From positions 27,494 to 91,493 of the forward strand of contig CAKOXP010000003.1 of assembly GCA_934130175.1 (NCBI GenBank): a DNA stretch of 64,000 bases, written 5' to 3'. Shown here piece by piece: positions 57,893-64,000 of the stretch (position 1 is the first letter of the stretch; each line of letters opens with the position of its first letter). This DNA is from an uncultured Bacilli bacterium. Lineage in GTDB: Bacteria > Bacillota_I > Bacilli_A > RF39 > UBA660. The notes under the pieces are model-generated. The model saw nothing but the letters and a program-made list of their open reading frames with translations, searched no databases and was not told the DNA's origin. The position numbers and the translations under genes were made by a program.

Positions 57893-60517
57893 ATGATTCA
57901 AATATTTGATATAAAAAAGTCTAAAAAAAATTTAAAAAGCAATAATAATGAAATCTTGGAAGAATATATTGAAGAGTCAAAGAAAGATAGTGAAGATGAT
58001 TTCTTAAGACTCAAGACATCTTTAAATGGACTATCTAATATGGAAGCTAGAAATCGTTTTAACAAGTACGGTAAAAATATAGTTATAAAAGAAGATAATA
58101 AAGGTCCATTATATTTTTTATTAATGTCATTTAAAGATGAATTTATTATTATTTTAATCTTTCTAGCAATAATTAATTTCTTTCTTGGTGATAAATTAGG
58201 TTCTATAATTATTTTGGTAATAGCGTTTATCAGTGCTCTTATTAGATTTTTTCAAGATTATTCTGTTTATAAATTTAATAAGAAATTAAAGAGTAAAATC
58301 TATTCAACTGTTACAGTGTTAAGAAATAATGAAGAAATGGAAATAAAAGTAGAAGATGTTGTTGTTGGAGATATCGTTAAACTAAATGCTGGTACAATTG
58401 TTCCGGCAGATATAAAGATTGTTGAATCAAAAGATTTATTTGTTAATCAATCTGTATTTACAGGTGAAAGTATTTTAGTTGAGAAGACTACTGAATCATC
58501 AAAAGCTTGCAGTCAAATATTTGATATAAATAATATTTGCTTAATGGGTGTAACTATCGAGAGTGGTAGAGCTACAGGTGTCGTCATAAAAACAGGATCT
58601 AATACTTATCTAGGACAAGTTGGTAGTGAAATAAGTATTAAAAAGGAAGTCACTAACTTTGATAAAGGCATTAAAAATATTTCTAATTTATTAATAAAAT
58701 ATATGATTGTAGTTTGTTTAGTTGTAATAGTAATTGATGGAGTTATAAAACAAAATATCAGTGAAGCTTTGCTTTTTGCTCTTTCTGTTGCAGTTGGAAT
58801 AACTCCTTCAATGTTACCAATGATTCTAAATGTTAATTTAACAAAAGGAAGTAAAAGTCTTGCTAAAAAGAAAACTCTTGTTAAAAAAATAGAATCAATT
58901 CAAAATTTAGGAGCCATTGATATTTTATGTACAGACAAAACAGGGACATTAACAGAAAATAAAATAACTTTACAGAAATATATTGATGCATCTGGTAAGG
59001 AAAATGAAGATATATTAGAGTATGCATATTTAAATAGTTTATATAGTACAGGAATAAAAAATTTAGTTGATAAGGCAATAATTACATATGGACGTGATCA
59101 TTTAGATATTTCTAAAATCGAAAAGTTAGAAAAAATAGATGAAATTCCATTTGATTATACAAGAAAAAAGCAAAGTGTAGTTGTTAAAAATAAAACATCA
59201 TATAGAATGATTACAAAAGGTGCATTGGAAGAAGTAATTAAAGGTTGTGTAAATGCTAAAATTGGTGGAAAAACAGTTAATCTTAATGATGAAATAACTA
59301 ATATTATCAAAGATAAGGCTAAGACTTTAGCAAGTGATGGAATGCAAGTAATTGCTCTTGCTTTTAAAGAAAGTTATCCTGGTAAAGATAAATTTAATGC
59401 ATCATGTGAAAATGAAATGATTTTCGTTGGATTTGTTGGTTTCTTAGATCCGGCCAAAAAAGATGTTAAAACAACACTTTCTAATTTAGAAAAAATTGGT
59501 GTTAAAACAAAAATATTAACAGGAGATAATCCTTATGCAACCAGAAATATTTGTAATATGGTTGGTTTAAATGGTAATGATATTTTGCTTGGCAGTGATA
59601 TAGATAATATGACAGATATAGAATTATCAGAAAAAATAGAAAAAGTAGATGTTTTTGCAAGAATGAATCCACTTCAAAAAGAAAGAGTTGTAGAATTATA
59701 TCGTAAAAATAATCATGTTGTTGGTTACATGGGTGATGGAGTAAATGATGCACCTTCGCTTACGAAAGCTGATGTAGGAATATCAGTCTCATCTGCTACT
59801 TCTATAGCCAAAGAGGCTAGTGATATTATTATTTTGAAACAGAGTTTAAAGGTAATTTATGATGGCGTCTTAGAGGGTAGAAAAGTCTATGGAAATATTA
59901 TTAAATATATGAAGATGGCCTTAAGTGCTGATTTTGGTGATGTTTTTAGTATCATGATAGCCAGTATATTTCTTCCTTTCCTTCCTCTTCTTCCAATTCA
60001 AATGTTATTGCAAGACTTTATCTATGATTTTTCACAAATAGGAATTCCCTATGATAACGTTGATTCTGAATTCTTAGAAAAACCTAAAAAATGGGATACA
60101 AAGGGAATATCAAGATTTATGAAAGTTATGGGTATTACTAGTTCGCTAATTGATGTTATTTCATTTATTATTTTCTGGTTTGTTCTAGGCTATAATGATA
60201 TCAGTAAACAAACATTTTTTCAAACAGCTTGGTTTGTAACTTGCTTAACTACAGAATTAATGATTATATACAATGTTAGAACTGCTAAAAAACCATTTAT
60301 TGAATCTAATGCTAGCGCTAAACTAAATTTACTAACTATATTCTCATTAGTGTTGACTATTATAACTCCTATTGTACTTTGTAAAATTGAAACATTCCAT
60401 TTTGTTATATTACCACTTGAATTTTATATTTTCTTAATTGGATTAGTTTTCCTATATTTTATAATTGTTTCTGTTATTAAAAAGATATATATTAAAAAAT
60501 ATGGTGAATGGCTTTAA
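57893..60517 (+). CDS. P-type ATPase, Mg2+-importing MgtA-like (P3B) or related cation pump
   Basis: Phosphorylation motif CTDKTGTLT, hinge GDGVNDAPSL, TGES in the actuator domain (TGESILVEK) and 10 TM helices. 874 aa with an N-terminus like MgtA. Confidence 0.8.
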   Translation: MIQIFDIKKSKKNLKSNNNEILEEYIEESKKDSEDDFLRLKTSLNGLSNMEARNRFNKYGKNIVIKEDNKGPLYFLLMSFKDEFIIILIFLAIINFFLGDKLGSIIILVIAFISALIRFFQDYSVYKFNKKLKSKIYSTVTVLRNNEEMEIKVEDVVVGDIVKLNAGTIVPADIKIVESKDLFVNQSVFTGESILVEKTTESSKACSQIFDINNICLMGVTIESGRATGVVIKTGSNTYLGQVGSEISIKKEVTNFDKGIKNISNLLIKYMIVVCLVVIVIDGVIKQNISEALLFALSVAVGITPSMLPMILNVNLTKGSKSLAKKKTLVKKIESIQNLGAIDILCTDKTGTLTENKITLQKYIDASGKENEDILEYAYLNSLYSTGIKNLVDKAIITYGRDHLDISKIEKLEKIDEIPFDYTRKKQSVVVKNKTSYRMITKGALEEVIKGCVNAKIGGKTVNLNDEITNIIKDKAKTLASDGMQVIALAFKESYPGKDKFNASCENEMIFVGFVGFLDPAKKDVKTTLSNLEKIGVKTKILTGDNPYATRNICNMVGLNGNDILLGSDIDNMTDIELSEKIEKVDVFARMNPLQKERVVELYRKNNHVVGYMGDGVNDAPSLTKADVGISVSSATSIAKEASDIIILKQSLKVIYDGVLEGRKVYGNIIKYMKMALSADFGDVFSIMIASIFLPFLPLLPIQMLLQDFIYDFSQIGIPYDNVDSEFLEKPKKWDTKGISRFMKVMGITSSLIDVISFIIFWFVLGYNDISKQTFFQTAWFVTCLTTELMIIYNVRTAKKPFIESNASAKLNLLTIFSLVLTIITPIVLCKIETFHFVILPLEFYIFLIGLVFLYFIIVSVIKKIYIKKYGEWL

Positions 60518-60619
60518 TATGGACTTGGTATCAAGTCTTTTTTCTTTCTAATATTATAGGCAAATAAATAGTCAAGTTAGCGTGAGGCGAATACAATAAG
60601 TTAGATAGGAGGAAATAAT

Positions 60620-60961
60620 ATGTTTAGAAGAGCAAATGAATTTGAAATAAATTCAGCAGTTTCTGGTAATAATAATGTTGTTGAAAATGAGATGAATGTT
60701 GATATTGACATGATTCAAAATAATCAAGCAACTGGTAATGACATGATGGCACCAAGCTATTATAACAGTCCAATTAAAGAAGCTGTAAAAGAGCGTTGTG
60801 TACACAGAACTATCGTTCATGAAGTACCACATATTTGTCCAATTAGAACAAGAATAATTAATCATCACGTATACAAACATACTTATCGTCCAGAATATTC
60901 TTGCTGCGAAGAAAATACAGTAAGTAATGTTCAATGCGGTTCTTGTAGTCAATTCAGATAG
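60620..60961 (+). CDS. Spore coat protein CotD-like (His/Pro/Cys-rich)
   Basis: The C-terminal half CVHRTIVHEVPHICPIRTRIINHHVYKHTYRPEYSCCEE has the H-x-x-P-H / HH repeat pattern of CotD-family inner coat proteins. RBS AGGAGG. Confidence 0.55.
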   Translation: MFRRANEFEINSAVSGNNNVVENEMNVDIDMIQNNQATGNDMMAPSYYNSPIKEAVKERCVHRTIVHEVPHICPIRTRIINHHVYKHTYRPEYSCCEENTVSNVQCGSCSQFR

Positions 60962-61070
60962 TTTACAGTCAAGAAAAATAAAATAAGTGTCAAAATAAAT
61001 GTCTAATTGTGTCGCATTTATTGATTTATTATAATAGCTATTTTATTATAATAATAGGGAGTGTGATACA

Positions 61071-61271
61071 ATGATCTATCCATCAATAGATAAACTATTA
61101 AATATAGTTGATTCCAAATATGAATTAGTTCATATAGCGGCTAGACGTAGTAAGGAGATATCTGAAACAGGATATTTACAAATGCCGGAGTCAAGTTACA
61201 AATGCAAAAAGAATATTGGTAGGGCATTAGAAGAAGTAGAAGCAGGACTTCTAAAAGTAAGAAAGAGCTAA
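61071..61271 (+). CDS. rpoZ: DNA-directed RNA polymerase subunit omega
   Basis: PSIDKLLNIVDSKYELVHIAARRSKEI...IGRALEEVEAGLL matches the RpoZ family (B. subtilis [27 protein letters not shown]). Confidence 0.8.
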   Translation: MIYPSIDKLLNIVDSKYELVHIAARRSKEISETGYLQMPESSYKCKKNIGRALEEVEAGLLKVRKS

Positions 61272-61361
61272 AAAGGCTTTTTCTTTTTTTTTAATTTTTC
61301 TAAAAAGTTTCCAACGAACGTAAGTTCTATGTTATAATATAGATATAAGAGGTGATGATAT

Positions 61362-62108
61362 TTGAAAATCTTAAAATATAAGAAATTAAAGTCACAGAAA
61401 TATCAAGTCTTTTTAGATAATTCAGAAATATTAGAATTATATGAAGAAACAATTTTAAAGTATGATTTATTAATAACAAAGAAAGTTGATGAGAAAATAC
61501 TAGAAGAATTGTTGGAATATAATAAAAAATACGAAGCCTATTATACTTGTTTAAAATATTTAAATGTCAGAGTAAGAAGTAGAAAAGAAATAAAAGATTA
61601 TTTAAAAAAGAAAGATTATAATGATGACGTTATTAATTATGTAATTGCTATCTTAGAAAAACAGGGGTATTTAAATGATTTGGCCTTTGCTAAAAGCTTT
61701 TTAAATAATAAATTAATTACTACTAATAATGGTCCTTATACCATTAGAAGAGATTTACTTAAACATGAAATTTCTACTAGTGATATTGATTTAGTACTTG
61801 AAGAGTACACAGATGATATTCAACTAGAAAAAATAAAAAAACATATAAATAGAATTATTAAATCAAATCGTAATAAAAGTAATATAGTTTTACAAAGAAA
61901 AATACTTATTGATTTGAACAACGAAGGTTTCAAGAAAAATTTAATCCAACAAGAAATTTCAAAAATTGATTTTGCTGATGACAAGGATTTGGCAAAGAAA
62001 GAGTATGATAAATTATATAAGAAATTAAGTAGAAAATACTCTGGAAGAGAATTAGAACTTAAAATCAAACAGAAATTATATCAAAAAGGATTTTCTATAG
62101 AACAATAA
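61362..62108 (+). CDS. recX: RecA regulator RecX
   Basis: Three tandem three-helix RecX repeats (e.g. SRKEIKDYLKKKDYNDDVINYVIAILEKQGYLND). TTG start 61362 with RBS AAGAGGTGA; -10 TATAAT at about 61333. Confidence 0.8.
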   Translation: MKILKYKKLKSQKYQVFLDNSEILELYEETILKYDLLITKKVDEKILEELLEYNKKYEAYYTCLKYLNVRVRSRKEIKDYLKKKDYNDDVINYVIAILEKQGYLNDLAFAKSFLNNKLITTNNGPYTIRRDLLKHEISTSDIDLVLEEYTDDIQLEKIKKHINRIIKSNRNKSNIVLQRKILIDLNNEGFKKNLIQQEISKIDFADDKDLAKKEYDKLYKKLSRKYSGRELELKIKQKLYQKGFSIEQ

Positions 62109-62169
62109 AAAACAGACTATTTGTAAACTGTCCATTTTTTTGATTCAGTTTAATTAGTCTGTTTTAATT

Positions 62170-62529
62170 TTAAATACTATTAATAGTATTATATATACCA
62201 TATCCATAAATACCTAATGCTGCAATAACTAAAATAATTATAATTATTAGAATAAGAAGGCAGAAATATGATCTAGCAAAATTTTTTAAATTGACATTAG
62301 ATGTACCACCTAAAGAAAATACTAATAATAAGATAAATCCAATTATTGGAATTGAGAATAAGATTTCATATCCAAAATATCCCCAAGCAGAGATTGGTTT
62401 ATATTCTTTTGGAATATCAATAGAATTATCTTTTTTAACCTCATCTTTTATTCGACGTCCACATGATAAGCAAAAATCGGCATCCTCTTTAAGTTCACTT
62501 CCACAATACTTACAAAACACAAAAATCAC
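62170..62529 (-). CDS. Zinc-ribbon domain membrane protein, hypothetical
   Basis: N-terminal C-x2-C-x(11)-C-x2-C (CKYCGSELKEDADFCLSCG) followed by two TM helices. Confidence 0.45.
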   Translation of the reverse strand: MIFVFCKYCGSELKEDADFCLSCGRRIKDEVKKDNSIDIPKEYKPISAWGYFGYEILFSIPIIGFILLLVFSLGGTSNVNLKNFARSYFCLLILIIIIILVIAALGIYGYGIYNTINSI

Positions 62530-62628
62530 CTCATCTTAACTTTTTTAAGTATATGCTTAATATATCATGATTTTTGAAAGATTTAAATAAAAAAATCAAC
62601 TAACCTAATGATTAGTTGATTTTAAAAA

Positions 62629-64000
62629 TTACTTTTGGTGTTTTTCTTTATAGATATTTAATCCCAAGTTAATACCAAAGAATACTATAAAGATTGTAAA
62701 TACAATTATAAAGTTTTTAGTTAATAAACTAGATTCAATACTTATTAGTGGTTCTTTTAGTAACTTAATAGTATATGTCATTGGTAACATTGGATTTAAG
62801 AATCTAAATCCCTTAGTAACAGTTTCAATTGGGAATGTACCACCACTAGCACCTAGTTGTAATACAAGAATAATTAAAGCTATAAATTTACCAATATCAC
62901 CAAAGTTTTCAATTAAGAATTCTATTATTGCTAAGAAGCAATTAGATACTAAGATTATACTAATATAATATAAGAATACATTTGTAATATCAAAGTCTAA
63001 TAATAATTGTAGTAAAACTCCTAATACGATACCAGAAACAGTAGCTAATCCATGATAAGCTAGGCATCTTTTAACATGTTTTTTACTATCAATACCAAGT
63101 AAACCAAATCTTTGTTCTTTATCAAAGAATAGAACGATGAATAGCATTAAGCTTCCTACCCATAAAGCAATTGAAATAAATAATGGAGCAAATGCAGTAC
63201 CATAGCTTGCTACCTTATTAACTTCTTTTGTTTCAGCTTTAATAGGTTCTTTACTGTAATCAGCAAGTGTTTCTACTTTTTTAACATCTTTTTTTGTTGA
63301 TGAGATTTTACTATCTAATTCTTGTTTAGATGATTTTACGCTATTATTTAATGTAGTTAATCCATTATTTAATGTAGTTGAACCATCACTTAATTTAGTA
63401 GCTCCAGAATCAATCTTATCAATATAAGAAAGTAAAGTGTTTAATGATTGTTTAGTAGTTAATGTAGCATTTTCTTTAACAGAAGATGCAGTACTAATAG
63501 CTACTTGTTGTGAAACTTTTTTAGCAGTAGCAATAGCTGTTTGTTTAGCAGTTTCTTCCAAACTATCAATAACTGTTTTTAAAGTATCTAAGTTAGTTTT
63601 TGATTGATCTAGAGTTGTCTTTAAATTATCAAGCGTATCTTTTGCTTGATCTAAAGCTGCTTTTGAAGTATTTAAGGCTACTTTTGAATCAACTATTTGC
63701 TTAATGGCTGTACATTGTTCAGATGAATTATTAATACAAGCAGTAACTGTTTCATCTGTAAGATTATATAATGCTAAAGTGGCATTATATTTTTCAACAC
63801 CTGCATTATAATTAGTTAAATTAGCATTATATTTTTCAATTCCAGCCTTGTATTTTGCTACTCCAAAATTATATTGAGACATACCATTGTCATACTTAGT
63901 TTTTAATGCCATATATTGTTGGTTAGATTGTAAACCAGCAAGAGCAGCATTAGCAATATTTTCATCACTTAAATCTTTAGAAGAAGCTATAGTAGCTAAA
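62629..64000 (-). CDS. YhgE/Pip (phage infection protein)-family membrane protein, C-terminal part (N-terminus beyond window end)
   Basis: The reading frame stays open to nt 64000. There is a long extracytoplasmic coiled-coil/repeat region (NLDTLKTVIDSLEE..., LNNGLTTLNNSVKSS), then a C-terminal bundle of about 5 TM helices typical of the YhgE/Pip/EsaA-like family. Confidence 0.65.
   Translation of the reverse strand, partial: LATIASSKDLSDENIANAALAGLQSNQQYMALKTKYDNGMSQYNFGVAKYKAGIEKYNANLTNYNAGVEKYNATLALYNLTDETVTACINNSSEQCTAIKQIVDSKVALNTSKAALDQAKDTLDNLKTTLDQSKTNLDTLKTVIDSLEETAKQTAIATAKKVSQQVAISTASSVKENATLTTKQSLNTLLSYIDKIDSGATKLSDGSTTLNNGLTTLNNSVKSSKQELDSKISSTKKDVKKVETLADYSKEPIKAETKEVNKVASYGTAFAPLFISIALWVGSLMLFIVLFFDKEQRFGLLGIDSKKHVKRCLAYHGLATVSGIVLGVLLQLLLDFDITNVFLYYISIILVSNCFLAIIEFLIENFGDIGKFIALIILVLQLGASGGTFPIETVTKGFRFLNPMLPMTYTIKLLKEPLISIESSLLTKNFIIVFTIFIVFFGINLGLNIYKEKHQK

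Noticed and set aside
1-64000. Alternative genetic code 4 (UGA=Trp), considered because of the very low GC content
   Set aside because: All conserved Trp positions checked (for example LeuS and TyrS) use TGG. Long ORFs terminate naturally with TGA, TAA or TAG under code 11.
1-64000. tRNA genes, rRNA, CRISPR arrays, IS elements and prophage structural genes
   Set aside because: By-eye scanning of every intergenic region longer than 150 bp found only the T-box, the rpsD leader, rnpB and promoters/terminators. There are no direct-repeat arrays, no cloverleaf-like GC-rich segments and no transposase ORFs apart from the Rpn-like pseudogene.

Overview
Low-GC (about 27-29% GC) Firmicutes chromosomal segment read with the standard bacterial code: TGA behaves as a stop and Trp is encoded by TGG. 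Both strands are densely coding: about 60 CDS, one RNase P RNA (Bacillus type B) and a tyrosine-type T-box leader. No tRNA, rRNA, CRISPR array or obvious IS element was found. Gene order is strikingly syntenic with Bacillus subtilis: rpsD/tyrS, ezrA-thiI-SASP, spoIVA..der..hup, dnaD-nth-ponA-recU, gpsB-rnpB, rodZ-pgsA-recA, rny, rnjA, ftsY-ylxM-ffh, rpoZ and recX. Endospore genes are present (alpha/beta-type SASP, spoIVA, spoVIF-like, cotD-like), together with Bacilli-type division genes (ezrA, gpsB, recU-ponA). The source is therefore most likely an endospore-forming low-GC member of Bacilli/Erysipelotrichia with Lys-type, Fem-bridged peptidoglycan (a tandem FemAB pair plus a stand-alone murE). 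Departures from the conserved backbone are the interesting part. (1) A HerA/DUF87-family ATPase with its own promoter and terminator is inserted between ylxM and ffh in the otherwise invariant SRP operon. (2) A RelA/SpoT-type HD (small alarmone hydrolase-like) domain is fused to a P-loop nucleoside/nucleotide-kinase-like domain, sitting where rpsP normally follows ffh. (3) An SF1 (DNA2/Upf1-like) helicase is fused to a DUF2726/PD-(D/E)XK nuclease-like domain and followed by a DinD/Bro-N-like gene that carries a good LexA (Cheo) box. (4) A single-chain tandem duplication of an AadA/ANT-like nucleotidyltransferase. (5) An Rpn-family PD-(D/E)XK nuclease gene killed by a single in-frame TAA. (6) A small HExxH protein translationally coupled to rny where B. 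subtilis has ymdB. All calls are from reading the translations and sequence by eye; no database search was possible.
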